From: Girardia tigrina
Taxonomy: Eukaryota
Assembly: GCA_001938485.1 (NCBI GenBank)
Contig: MQRK01233770.1
Coordinates: forward strand, 1-64,000
Length of the DNA: 64,000 nt
Reading direction: 5' to 3'
Shown: positions 49,460 to 63,391 of the stretch, one piece after another
Layout of the letters: every line of letters begins with the position of its first letter
Position numbering within the stretch: the stretch's first letter is position 1
Notes under the pieces: model-generated
What the model was told of the DNA's origin: nothing
Databases searched by the model: none
Seen by the model: the letters and a program-made list of their open reading frames with translations, nothing else
Program-made: the position numbers and the translations under genes

Positions 49460-49560
49460 TATTAGCTTGCTTTCTTGTCTGTTTGTCTGTTTGTCTGTCT
49501 GGAACAAATCTTGCGATTGATTTTTCGACCACTTTCAGTCATCCAATTGAGCTGAATTTT
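49460..49560 (+). repeat. Helitron/Helentron (DINE-1/HINE-like) end fragment
   Basis: (GTCT/GTTT)n microsatellite followed by CCAATTGAGCTGAATTTT, an arrangement typical of these elements; cut by a gap. Confidence 0.45.
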
Positions 49561-50147
49561 NNNNNNNNNNNNNNNNNNNNNNNNNNNNNNNNNNNNNNNN
49601 NNNNNNNNNNNNNNNNNNNNNNNNNNNNNNNNNNNNNNNNNNNNNNNNNNNNNNNNNNNNNNNNNNNNNNNNNNNNNNNNNNNNNNNNNNNNNNNNNNNN
49701 NNNNNATTTTGAAATAAAACTTGCTTTTATTAAAATAAAACTTTGTTATTTTGGATTTATTATCATTTCTGTTATTCGAAATCAATCGAAAGATTTGAAT
49801 TCCTAAATGATAACTAAAAATAGTTAAATAATATTATTAATAAAAAAAATTATTTTCCTCTTTTTAGTGCATTGGTAATGCTTGAAAAACGTGGTTGTTT
49901 TTATAAAATTTTTTTTTATTAATAATATTTTATTATTTTAATTATTCTTAAATTGATTTTCATAACTAGATAATAAATAGGAATTTTTTATAATAATAAT
50001 TTTTTATAAGTTTAGTTGCTCTAAACTTATTGATAGTTGCTCTATCAATTAATTATATTACACGATAATATATAAAAAAATTAATAGAATTAAATAGTAC
50101 TAAAAATAAAAATATAAAGATACAACTAATAATAGAAAAAGCGAGCT

Positions 50148-51100
50148 CTAAAAAAATAATATAGTATGTAAAAATTTAAGGTGGTGTTCAAACAATAGCC
50201 ACTCATCAGAAGTGGAACGTAAACTGAAAGGGATCAATTTTAAGTTCCGATGATTCACATGACCTCGAAAAGAATCTGATGGGAGTTGAGCGGTGTTATT
50301 TTCAAAGACCTTAGCTTTGAAAGGACCAATGAAACGGTTTTTAAAAGCTGTTGGTTTAAGGACTTTGACGTACGCGTTTGCTTCTTTTGATTGTAACTTA
50401 TGTTTGACTGACATAGTTGAATAATTTAACGAACGTTTTCTTCCCACAAAACTTTTCTGAAACGTTTTAAGTGTAAAGTCAAAATAGCTTCTGGTAGATT
50501 GAATAACCAATTTGAACCTTTCAAACGAAGAGATTGTTTTACATAAATGTTGAATATCTGTACTTTGCCGTTTGAATTTGGGGATTATCTTGGAAATTTT
50601 ATGATTCCATAAGGTGTACAAAATGTTTTGAATAATTCCGATTTAAGTTGTCTGCCTTGATCGGAAATATTTTTTTTGGATAGTTGTATCCACAGACCTA
50701 CTGATCGTTGATTACTTATGTTACATTTTGGGCTAAAATTTCTCGAACAGGAATGTCTTCAAACCAAGAAAAATTGCGATCAATGATAGGGACAATATAT
50801 TTTTGTTATCTCGATTAGGGGGTGAAGGACCGATAATGTCAACGTGAATTATATCGAATATGTCACCGTCTTCGATTTTTAAATCTTTGATTTTTTTATT
50901 ACACATGTAACAAAATTTCACCAATTGTCTGACATCTTTACGTATATTAAACCAACAAGCTTGTTCCCACAATAAATTATAAGTACAATGACTTTCGTAA
51001 TGTCCAAAATTATGCACAAAGCGATACATTTTTTCCCTAAAGCTTTGGGAATCAGTGGTCGTAGACTGCTTTATCTTGAGAGGTCGTACCAAATTCCTTT
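50148..51100 (-). mobile_element. Gypsy-type (or Ginger) integrase remnant
   Basis: H..GH...W..IRKDV...VK.C..C zinc finger, FDIIHVDIIGP, ISDQGRQ and a GPF motif. Confidence 0.8.
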
Positions 51101-52269
51101 TATTTCTCTAAATTTGATTGAGGGGTAATTTATACATTCCTTGACCGCATCTAATTGTCAGTAATAGACAAATCAAGACTAAAATTAATGCTACAAACAA
51201 GGTTCCTAGACAGGAAAGCAGCGGCGATGTTAATCATGCCACAAATTTGTCGCACTTCTATTACGTTGCTTTGAGAGTTGAGGTCTAAAATGTGATCGAT
51301 CTTACTGCTTATTGGAGTGAGGTAATTTTCTGTGTATTGTGGAATTAAGTTAGCAAAGATAAAGATGTGTAATAACTCAACTACACAATAATCAGAAACA
51401 AGTCAAAATTTTAAGGTATGAAATGTTTTTGAATAAATATCAATCAAGAATATTAATAAAATGTAATAACTAATAACAATTTTTAAACAGAAAGAATAAA
51501 AAGAAATTTATTTGTATATGATCATACAAAAATTTAAAAGTCTAATATAGGAAATAAAGTTATTCAATGAAACGAATAAAAGTTAATTACTTTTTTTGAA
51601 TTTCGAGATGTTAATCGGCTAATGTTAATTTTGAACGTAAGTCGCGAAGAAATTTGGAGGGGCATATATCGCCAAGCTGTTGATTGTGTAAACAAGAATT
51701 CAAAGTTTTCTCAGATCTGTTAGGATAGATCATATTTAAACAGTTCTTCAGAAGATTCAGATGCTTTTCAGAATTCCTAATGTTTTCAAGATTATCTTCA
51801 AGTTTTGAAAGGCTTCAAGATTGTAATTTGTTTATAAGCAGAGAACATTGTTTGAATTCATCAGGAATACGATGAAATTGAAGCATGTTTGATACTAGAG
51901 TATACCATTCCTATGGAGAAAGATATTGGTCAAAAAATCAGGGATTAAATTTAATCTACAATTTTTTAGTTTTCTGACAATTGCACAATAAAATTTTGTT
52001 TAGGGAGGTTGTAGCTCAGTAGTTGTGTAGACTATTGTTTTAAAATACAAAAGAAAGATAATTTACTAATGCTTGTTGTTCTAATCTGGTTCCTTATGTT
52101 ATAGTATAAAAATTAAGATATTAAAATTAAGCTCAAATAAAAAGGTCGCATATAATAATAGATTTATAAAAGGGGTTAACATCCAAAATAGTATATTTTA
52201 CAACACAAATAACCATAAAGGTTCTTTAATAACATTAATTACATATAAGAAACAAATTTAAGGAATCAG

Positions 52270-53330
52270 ATTTTTAATTCTCAAATAACCTGTAATTTAC
52301 ATATAGCATCAAATTCATTTAATCATTTCATTTTTCATTGATGATCTCTCAGGTGTTTGTAAATAGCGCATCATAGAAAATGTTCTTTCTGCATCACAAC
52401 TTTCAACTGGCATATTTAATAAATCCAAACAAACTTCACTTAATATTGGGTATCTCATTCTTGAGTAAATCCAATATTTGTTTAAATCAATTACGTTTCC
52501 TGTTGGACTATCTTCATGAAGATATCTATTAAATTCTTTTTGTATTTCATCTGAATATTCATAGTTTTTACTCAATATCGAGAAATTAATTTTGTTTTTG
52601 TCAACAAATTATGTAGTGAATGGATTTAAAATTTGAATTTGATTCCATAACTGAAGAACATCTTCAGAAATGTTTCGTTGAACTGTCATTTCCCATTTTC
52701 AGCCATCCTTGCTGAAAATATAGTAAAAATATTTTCTTATAATTCTCTGCATTGCGACATTTAAAATGACTTGTTCTTCCGTCTGGTGCTGGGATCCAGT
52801 CCGTCAATTCATAATTCAATTCGACATTCGGAATATGGTTCATTTCAAAAATAAAAGAAGATTGACTCTCCAGTTTTAGCTGTAATTTATTAATTTGGAT
52901 TAATCTTTCTTCTAAATATATTAATATCAAATATATTTTGAATTCCCTATATTATTCTATTAATTCCATTATTTTTTCAAATTTTTTGCTTTTAGTTTTC
53001 GTGTAGAAACCCTTTGAGCTGATTTGGTTCCACGTTTAGTTGATTATTTTCATTGCTTTATAATGAGTTAAAAATCTTTTTTCGATAATAGTAATTGATC
53101 ATTTCAAATGAACGTTCTTTTCCATATAATATTCCTTATATAACTCTTCAAATGCTACATTAAGTCCGTCTATATCTGTTTAAACATTTCTCCTGTGCCG
53201 ATGATTTCAGAATTTAGACAATTTGAAAATTTTTGTCACTACCACTGCATTCAACAGTCCATGGCAAACTACACGTGATAGTTTTGTAATATACCATTGA
53301 TTTACGCTTTTCTTTACTCAATTTTGTGTC
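52270..53330 (-). mobile_element. hAT transposase remnant
   Basis: Dimerisation domain YW....YPILSEVCLDLLNMPVESCDAERTFS; upstream part heavily decayed. Confidence 0.75.
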
Positions 53331-54420
53331 ACATCTAAGTGTTATCCTCTATATTTTACAAATAAAATGTACGGTAGTGTTTTGGTTTGATTGAATGAGG
53401 CGATTATTGTAATAGGAACAGCTAGTCTATATGGTTTCGTGTTTAAATCTTATTTTAGAGAGTAACACTTAACTAATTACAGTATTGTACGTTCCATTTT
53501 CAGGAAATCGGCTATTATAAAATCCAGTTATAGTAATATTTTTTCTGGTAAAAGCTTTATTATATCAGAAAGTTACTGTAGTAAAAATTATTCAATGATA
53601 ATCAATGAAAACAAGATTTACTTTATGCAAAATATATTTATAAAAAAATCTAGAAAATTTAAAAACTTATAAACGATTAGAAAGAGACTGCAATCAAGAA
53701 TGTGTAATGTGATTTATTTCTTTTGTATTGAAAATAATCACTTTCAAGTAATAATTACTTAACACGATAAAAGTTGTGCATATTGTAAAAGTAACCTAAA
53801 GTTCTGTTCTATGAACCTGAAATTACTTTTATTTAAACAAAATAATGACGTAAAAGTCAGTCAAAAATGGATATATTATAACGGATGAGTTCAAAAAAAA
53901 TTGATTAACAAATTTGACAAACTCAGTCGAATAAATAACGAAACAACCCAAATAGTAAAAAAATAATCACCAGACGTATTTTAGCGAAATAGAATTGTCA
54001 GTTGAGTATTAATCGAACTTCAGTTTCGAATAATTAGATCAGACGATTTAATAATGCTTTCTTATGACGACGAAATAATTATTCGGCATATAATTCTGAT
54101 GAATATTGTGTGACAATGATCACAATTCATGTGATGTACAATTCGATATAAATAATTATAAATTGGCTATAGGAAAATAATGAGGGAAAATATACCAGCA
54201 ATATATTCCTTTATCTTTATTGTCTTCTTTAATTTATCTTCTTTAAGTACAGAACAACAAAAAATGATAAAAATTACATTTTATAAACCACATACATACA
54301 ACACAAACGAGAATGTATCACTCGAGAAAGAAGAACAGAAAAAGGTACAGATTAGATGAAGAATACGACACATGTCGGTAAAATAAAATTCAGAAGTGTG
54401 AGAAATTCATACTACACATA

Positions 54421-54542
54421 CAGTAGAACCTGGCTATTCCGGCATGTCGGAATAGAGAGAGTCAGAACAAATACCGTGACTGAAAAATGGGGATTTTCAG
54501 ACCTGCCGGATTAAAGAGGGACGGATTAGACAGGTTCAACTG
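54421..54542. mobile_element. Tigger-like MITE
   Basis: TA|CAGTAGAACCTGGCTATTCCG ... CGGATTAGACAGGTTCAACTG|TA, 122 bp. Confidence 0.85.
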
Positions 54543-55012
54543 TATAATCAAAAAAATTTGATAACAATAAAATTAATAATTATAAAATTTATAGATTTTA
54601 AATAAAGATACATTTAATATAGATTTTAAATACGATATGTAAATAGCAAGTATAATGATTAATTTCTCAGAATTTCTGGTATCTTCTCCTTGTTTTTAAT
54701 TATTGTCGATAAATTTACTTAAATTAATTTAATTGCCTCGAATATTTGAATATCTTTCGTTCTAATTCCATTTCTCCGCTTGATAAATTATTCAGTTAAA
54801 ATCGTTGCGGTTCGGTACTATAATATATAATTAAAATTTTCTTTTAATTGATTTTGTTATACTGAAGTAAAATTATATTTCTTTATAGAGATATTTCTTC
54901 TCCAAAGATCTGAAATAAATTTTAATTTTATTTTAACTCATTACCTGTATATACAAGAAATTCTAAACAAAATTTCGATAATATTCCTTTTATCGTGTGG
55001 TAAGTTTATTGT

Positions 55013-58000
55013 CGGGCCGTTTTATTCATTAGGCACAGTAGGCACACTGCCTAGGGCCTACGAACATTTAGCCTGATTTAGGGGCCTACGAAAATCAGAA
55101 AATTATATAATATTTGAAGTTTTTTTTTATTAGAAAAAGAAAATTGAAAAAGGAAAATTGACAATATATATTTAATAAAATTTTGAAATGGAAACGTTTA
55201 AGTTATGCTGTGCAGCCTATGGTAAATTAGGTTAACTTTTTGTGGCTTTTCACATTAGCAAAATCAAATATTACGTCCTCAAGTGCCATTTCCCGCATTA
55301 AATCACTTTAAATTGAAAGAAGTGCAAGGGAAGATAGTCGTTGTTGTCTCATCGTTGACCGCAGATAATTTTTTATAAGTTTGAGTTTCGAAAAAGAACG
55401 TTCACCTTCACAACTTGTTCCAAAAATGGAGAGATACATTCGAAAAACAATATTTACATTTGGAAAACTTGTCACCAGTTTATCCTTTATCTATGCCCTT
55501 AGCATTTCAACAACAGTTTTTTGTCAGCATACATCTGTGAGATTAATAGAAACTCATCTGTGAATGTCTCTTCCAGATCTGATGGATATATCTCAATTAA
55601 TGCTTTGGCTTTAGAAATTATTTCATCACTTGACAAAGATCTGTCAAGTAGAAAATTGAACCTTTCATATCGTGTTGCGTAGGCTGCTCGCCGTTTTCCC
55701 ATCTCAGCAATAAGTCAGTCTATGATCACGTAGAAAGTCAAGGGACGGAATTTGTCACTAGCACTCATATTTAAACTAGGACCAGTATTATCCACTACTT
55801 CATCATCAAGTCGTTTGCGTTGTGTACATTCTTTGTAATCAGATTGTGTTAGATTTTTTGCCATACCTTCAAATATTTTAAATTTATTGCGTGTATCATG
55901 AAAGTGATTAATGAGGGTGTCATACAATTTGATAGTAGTGCACAATTCAATTCCGGACTCCTGCAGAGCTTTATTGACAATATCAATTTTTTGAAGTAAA
56001 TCTTTCCAGATTACACACATTAATGCTGTCTCAAAATGATCTAAGTGTTTAATTAATGATTTTGCTTCATGAACAGCTGCCGGTGGTTGACGCTCACTTT
56101 CAGCAATGTCAGACAATACTTGACGAATTTCTTTATAATTATCATAAAAAGCTCTGGTAGCATCACTCTGTGCAGACCATGTTGTTTCTGATAGACCTTG
56201 ATGCACAAATGAGTTATCCTTCAAGGCTTCTTTAAATTTTGACCATCTCTGTGGGGAAGCTGATAAAAATATGTATACTGAATGAACAATACCAAAATAG
56301 CTCACTGCTGATGAGCAGCACTCTGCAGCAAGATGACCCAACCAAGTTTAGACTGTGGGCAGCGCATGGCACCCATTCTGCTAAATTGTTAATCTCTCTA
56401 AATCTTGCCTGCACCCCAGAATAAATGCCACTCATATTGCTGGCATTATCGTATGATTATGACCTGCAATTTGTAATATCTATACCATGAAATTTAAGAG
56501 CACTCACAACTAGATCGAATAGGTATTTGCCATCATGATGTTCAATTGGAATAAATTGAAGAAACCGCTCTACGACATTTCCATTGTTGAGAACATAACG
56601 AATGACCAGTGTAAGGTGATCCACATGACTAATGTCAGGAGTTGAATCAATATTTATTCCGTAGTACTTAGCAAATTTGATTTCAGAAATTATCTGCCTT
56701 GATACGTTGGACCCCAATAAATCAATGAATTCATCACATATACTTGAAGAAAGATATGATGCATTTCCCTTTCCTGGATTTCCGTATCTCCGAATGTGCT
56801 CCATTAGAAATGGATCAAATTCAGCTAGAAGGTCATTACAACCAAGATAGTTCCCATTGCAAGAATTGCTATGCAACTATCGCTTATATTTGATATATTT
56901 TATATATCAATATGTATATATATATTTTATATATATATCAAATATTATCGCTACAAAAAGCGAATCCTCTTTCAGCAAGAAATTTGATCACTGCAATGAT
57001 TTTCTTCAGGACTTTAGTCCAGTATTTGCACAATTTTGTCTTCTCGCAGTTCTGCATCAATTTTGGTTTTCTGGCTTTGCAACATCATTGACAAAGCAGC
57101 AATATGGTTTTTCGACTTCTCATGTGATGTAATCCTTGCAATGGCATTTTTCCAGTCATCGAAACCAGTTGTAAACTGATTATAACATTCATTGGCACTG
57201 CCAGCATTTGAACCAAATAGTTTGCACACATAACAAAACACTTTACCAGTTGAATGAGAATAAATAAGCCAATCTCTCTTGATAATTTTTCCATTTGTCA
57301 ATTTTCATACAAAATATTATTTTCGTGCATATCTTATCTTGTCCCCAAATTGTCTGCCTTTTAATTGAAAATCTGATTCTAAATTTTGAGACAGGATATT
57401 TTCTGCATAAAAAGTTATGAGATCTGCATTCAGCTGGATTATTAGATTCATTTTTAAGCTTCAAATTGATGTCTTTTTCTTCTACAACTGTATCTATTAG
57501 TTCAGGATCAGACTGATTAGCAGTAGTCTGACATTCCGCTTCATTTGTAGCACTTGCTTCACTTTGTTTATCAGTTTCTGTCGGCAAGTTTCAGTTTCTG
57601 AAATTAATATATTGGTTGTGTCAAATTCAATCGTTGTGACAGAGGGAGTGTGTGAAGTCGATGAACTTTGTGAAGTGTCATTAACGTGATTAATGCAATT
57701 TGTATCTTTCTTCATAAATTTGAGCATAGAACCCTTCATCTTTTTTAATGCCTCATCTTTCTCATCTTTTCTCTTTCGTTTCTCATATCCAGACTCGTGT
57801 TTTCTCTGGTATCCATCAGACATGGCATTGATTTTTTAATTGATTAATTAATTTAAAAACTGTTGTTAAAGCCGTGAGTTATTAAAAATAATATTATTAA
57901 GTTATTCAATAAATGTTTATTTTTAATTTTTAAAATTTTCTTTTAAGACGAAAATTCTTAAAACCGGATATAATAAAATTGTCAATAAGTATCAAAAATG

Positions 58001-58220
58001 AAAATTGAGATTAAAAATAAAAAGTTCATGAATCATGAATAAACATGACGTCATTTTCACGTCAGGAATCAATATGAATAATTAATTTTAATCTTTAGCG
58101 ACTTTTAAAATTAGTCTATCTTTAATTGTAGAGTTGACGTCCGGTTGGTTATAATTGATTTAGCTGGGGCCTACGAATGCAAGAGTGCTTAGGGCCTACA
58201 ATGACCTTTAAACTGCCCTG
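55013..58220 (-). mobile_element. Full-length hAT Tip100-type transposon with a disrupted transposase
   Basis: Exact 8-bp TSD TTTATTGT (55005-55012, 58221-58228); termini CGGGCCGTTT / AAACTGCCCTG; subterminal GGGCCTAC repeats at both ends; ORF pieces 57823 to about 55230 with WLIYS, DSTPDISH, PCAAHSLNL and EGERSFSKLK. Confidence 0.96.
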
Positions 58221-59749
58221 TTTATTGTTAAATGTATCTTGTATAGATATTTGTTCCACCCTACCCACACGTTGCTTTGAAGACTACTCGGACTTGTTGT
58301 TCTCGGCCCATTTTGTATTACGAGGATTTGATAAATTCATTAGAATTTTTCTCATATTTGATTGATTTAAAAATTCAAATTCTTTTTTTGTCAAATTCAA
58401 AAACTGAATAAATCGTTTTAGCATCAAAATTTAAAAGTTCAAGATATCGTTTTATCTCAAAATTCAATCATTCAATAAATCGCTTTTATCTAAAATAATT
58501 CTAAGACTGGTACAAATTTTAAAAATGCGCTCGACAAATCAAAAATATATACTTTAAAAATATGAAAATGTTGGAGCTCCACAAAAATCTTTTTAGAGCT
58601 CAATTAAAAATTAAAAATTGTATTGATCACAAATTTAAATTTCGTTTCAAATAATAATAAATCTCAATCAGAAACAATTCTTAAAGGTGAAAAATAAATT
58701 TCAATCGATCTCAATATTCCTTCTGATTGGCTAAAAGATTAGTGATTGTCATTCGAATGATAAAGGATTTTCTTAACTTTAATTTGATCCGATACAAGAG
58801 GAAGTTGATTGTCTTTTTTGAGAGGAGAGAAATATGAAATCATATAAATGAATTTTCAAATTCAATTCCGTACAATTTTAGTAATAAAACTAGTTTAATA
58901 ATGAAACGTGAACATGTAATAACACTTTCGATAATGAAGAAAGACGTTTAGGATGAGAAAATCAGCTAGAAATATTGGTTTTGTGTAGCTTTTGTAAATA
59001 ATAATAATATGATATGAAATGAAAAAGGATTATTATGATATAAATTTTGTGGAATTAACTAGAACCTATGACACAATCGATAATTATAGGAAACCTAAAT
59101 ATGAATTATTAGTGAATGAACAAAGAAATTTATAAGTAAATATAAAAATAATTGCATATGCAATGATTTGAGACAGTATAAAATAACTTATTATGAGCAT
59201 TATAAGAAAGAGATAGGGATGTGTGTCAATGTTAAGAGATAAATTTATCCTAAGCAGTGGAGAAAATTCATGAAAGAATTTGTAGTATAATGCGACAAGC
59301 ACGGTTTTAGGTTAGTTTGTGAATTTGTTAAAACTTTTCCAGATAATGAAATTACCGATAGTTGAAGAAAATGGTCTTTTTAGTTTTACAAACTCTATCT
59401 CCCTGGGCAAGTTTAATGATGACAACAGTTTCATTCAACCTAAGACGTAAATTCATTGAAAAAGGCAATTTTGAAGAAAATGTAGAAATTGTAGTGAAGA
59501 AATTAAATGATACGATAAAGGTAATATCTGAACATGTTCTAGAGAAGCAACTGACTGGCTAATTCTTGCTTGGGTAGATAAAAAATGGGTCAGTGAAAAA
59601 TTTCTACTTTTACCCATAAAGTATCATAATTACCGATAAAATGAACTCGTGAGTACAAATATATAAGCTTATGTCAGAACTCTTGAGTAATCAAAACATG
59701 AATATTAAAAAGTAGTGATATTAAATGTATGATAACCTAAATTTATGTA

Positions 59750-60200
59750 CAGTATCGCTCAAAATGATAAGGGCAGTATTTTTTTCCAATTTTTAAAACA
59801 ATATTGCTTAAAAGACTTAATAATATTAACAATTTATATACTGTTTTGTTCACTTTTTATTGTAATTTCCAAATTCATCAATGGTTTTCATACAACTTTA
59901 CCTAATTTCAAAATCGAAACAAAAAGTGTTTTTGTGCCACTGAAAATGATAAGGACAGCTAACATTTTTATACGTTTTGGATCGTAAAATTTAATATTTT
60001 GCAATAATTTTTGTTCAATTAATTTAAAAGGTTATCAATTAATCAATAGCCGTAAATTAAGTCATAGGCAAAGGTAAAAACATTGTATTACCAGTCAAGA
60101 AAATCATCTGGAGTGTCGTACAAAATGGAAAATTTTATCGTGAAATAGCCAAGGATTTTGGAGCTTCAAAAACAGCCGTATGTTATATATAAAACATTAC
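59750..60200 (+). mobile_element. Tc1-like element, 5' part
   Basis: TA|CAGTATCGCTCAAAATGATAAGG terminus; 60068-60185 encodes GKGKNI...YREIAKDFGASKTAV (HTH). Confidence 0.7.
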
Positions 60201-60279
60201 ATTTCAGCTTTTAGCTCTTCCTCGAGACAACGCATTTTTACCAGCCGGTCTACTTTTTCAAAAAAAGGTCTGTGCTTTA

Positions 60280-60540
60280 TCAATCCGTCACGGGTGCTCT
60301 CGACTTCTCAAATGCTAATCTTAGCCGATCTACAAAATTATATGCTTTACTAACTGTTTTCTCATATGCTTCCAAGAGATTTTCCTGTATAATGGAGTAA
60401 ATACATGTTTGCCAATTCTTTTGATTAATTTCCACTGCTTCAAAATATTTTCTACAACTAGAAATAAATTTTCCGATCTGGAAATGTCTTGTAATCCGTC
60501 GGTTCATGATTGAATCCGCTAGCGCTGCCACCATGTTAGG
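60280..60540 (-). mobile_element. Gypsy LTR end + PBS + gag-like start
   Basis: Reverse strand CCTAACA|TGGTGGCAGCG: an LTR 3' end followed by a PBS (60523-60533), then ORF ...KFISSCRKYFEAVEI...LLEAY...RLRLAFEK. Confidence 0.7.
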
Positions 60541-60729
60541 TTGGGAATTAACTTCCAGTCTAAATCAAAAAGAAATTAAGACTTTCAAAATTTATTCAAA
60601 ACAACAAACAGTTAAATTTGTTATTTAAACAAATTTATTTTTTTTATTTTCTTTTTTAATATATTTTTTTAATTTCGATTATAATTCGAAATTTTAAAAA
60701 AAACTAAATTCCTATTTTCGAAAACTAAA

Positions 60730-61768
60730 AAATGAATCACACTCTTACAATAACTTTATAACCATTTAAAGCCACTATCAAGATTGTTCTATCATTCTGA
60801 AGAGTTTAAAGTATTTGTTAAAATTATAAATAAATTTATGCAAATAGATCTTCATGTATCATGGAGTAAATACATGTTTGCTATTTCTTTTGATTAATTT
60901 CCGCTGCTTCACAATGTCTAATACAACGAGAAAGAAATTTTCCGATCTGGAACATGTCGGGAATCACAATTAGCAGGACTATTAATTCTGAAAAAGAACT
61001 TTACAATATTTTCATGACCATTTAAAGCAGCGTTATTAATTCGACTTCGTTTTCATATAGTTTTATGCTTCCTATCAAATAATCAAACATATATTTACAT
61101 GTTTTGATATAATTATTTTTAATCCATGATTAGATTATATCGTTGAAGCCTTTGTTACTTATAAAAAATTGTTTACAATCCTGATTATTATTTACGTAGT
61201 TTGTTTCATAATTCACATCGCAATTTTTGTGAATTACATATTTTACGATATCACTGTAAACTTTAAAAATGCCAAATAAATCAGTGTCATGTTCTCCAAA
61301 AATATTAATATAATCTACTTTTGTAACATTTCATTAAATTTTCGTTTTTGCAATTTATATTGTGATAACTCTATGGTTATCAGCATTGTTCGTACGTTAA
61401 TTGACTTTATCACCCGACTACTAGAAATTAGTCATCTAATATCCGAAACCGCCCTTACACGAAGCGATGAGTCGATTACACATTTGGAAATTTGAAAAAC
61501 TTCGACCGAATCACTAACACTGTCGTCAAATATCGTCCGCAGTTCCGGCCTGTAGCTGATCGGGAACAAGAGGATCATGCGGTACGTATATGGGGTGCGC
61601 CCGTCGATCTGACTGTAGGCATATTTCAACACTACAAATTCCATTTGATGAAAGTTGACTGAATTTTTAATTTCTTCTAATTCGTCGGAAACACAACAAT
61701 TTACAACATAATCATTTAGCAACATCAAATAATAAAGACGAGTCACAAGACAAAATTTTATACGCCAT
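60730..61768 (-). pseudogene. Decayed gene of unknown family
   Basis: ATG at 61768, long protein-like stretches (ORF 61432-61746 and NVTKVDYINIFGEHDTDLFGIFKVYSDIVKY...) broken by stops and frameshifts; no recognisable domain. Confidence 0.4.
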
Positions 61769-63391
61769 TTTTTTAAATCACAAACTGTTTTGAACTAAAT
61801 AAATCTTCCAATTGTTTAAACAAATGGATTTTATTGTTGATTTATAATTGTTTACTCAAATTTTTATTTACATAATTATTACATTTCTTTCCATTAACAT
61901 AATACAAGCGACAAAAAAATCTTTACAAATAAAAAAATTATAGAGGTAATTCTCTAAAGTAATGTTGAAACATAAGAATACAGTATCGATTGACGATTAA
62001 CAAGTTTATAATTTCTTTCTGATTAACCAGAAGCAGCATAATGAATCGAACTCATTTTCTAAAGTTTTTAAAGAATTGATTTTTGCTTTAAAAATCGGCA
62101 TTTTGCAATTATTTATTATCTATACATTTATTATTATTTACTTAATTATCTTAAAAATTTATAGCAGCGTTTATAGCAATTAATTTTTCCACTATATCTT
62201 TATAAATATTTGAAACCTTTTGTTATTAATATGTGAAAATAAATTTCACTTATTAGTAAATTTTAGTAACCCTACTGTTAAAAACTAGTTATTCGTGTTT
62301 ATAGTGGGTATATTTAATTTATATTAACGCAAAAATACAAATATATTTATTTGCATTATTATCTTAATAATAATAATAATAATAATTATAATAATAATTA
62401 ATGATAATAATTATTCAAGTTAAAGAAATGAAATTGAACTAAGAATAACGAAATAATGAAATTAAAACAAAATAAACAAGAAATAAAAAATCAATAAAAT
62501 AATAGAAATAAAAATAATAGAAATATTTAAAAATTCAAACAAAATAATTAATTGCGCCAGTTGAACAACAATTTCCTAACCACGACAATTTATTAGTAAT
62601 TCTCATTAGAATACAATTTCTTCCTATCACCAGCCAACGGAATTATATTTATTATTCAATCAAAGCCAGGTACTAATTATTTCGACTAAAAGAAACAATT
62701 TTTCTCTATTATTTTATGATAATACTCACTACTTAGCCAATTTAATCTCCAAACCAACAACATTTCAGATTCTTATCCCGATCCAACTCAAGCAAGATTG
62801 TCATTTATCATTAACTAAAAAATATTTCCTATTATCCGAGATATTTTTGGTATCAAACATTTAACTTATCTCTCGACACTGTCATCATCATTTTTCGTGT
62901 TTCGTTAAAGTAAACATTTCCTTTCCATGCATTCGAAACGTTTTGTTCAGTAATATACTTTCATTAAACTAAGTGTTAGGGATTAAATTAGAAGCTAAAA
63001 TTTTTGATGGATAATTAATTTAATTTAAATTAATTTAGTTGATTCCGCGTGGAATTTAAATTGAATTAATTAAATTAATTTTAATGAATAATAATGTAAA
63101 TTCATTAAGAAAATTCTTTAAGAAAATTTCATCAAAATAATTAAGTTAAATAAGTAAACTATTTTTATTTATATAAATATCTGTACTATATATGGTTGGT
63201 AATTTAAATAAATTGGTTCCTCCAAAAATAACTGAATATATGAAAATAAATTGTTTTAATATTCAGAGGTTTGGGTGAAAATTCAAAAAGTAGCAAATTG
63301 TTGATTTAAATAAATTTTCGAAACTGCTTTATTTATTTTGAAATTTCGGGTTTATTTTCACTGTATTCGGCCGTTCCAAAAGAAGATAACA

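Noticed and set aside
59050-59640. Hydrophobic membrane-protein-like ORF fragments
   Set aside because: Short, stop-ridden, with no family motif; AT-rich DNA readily yields F/I/L/Y-rich peptides.
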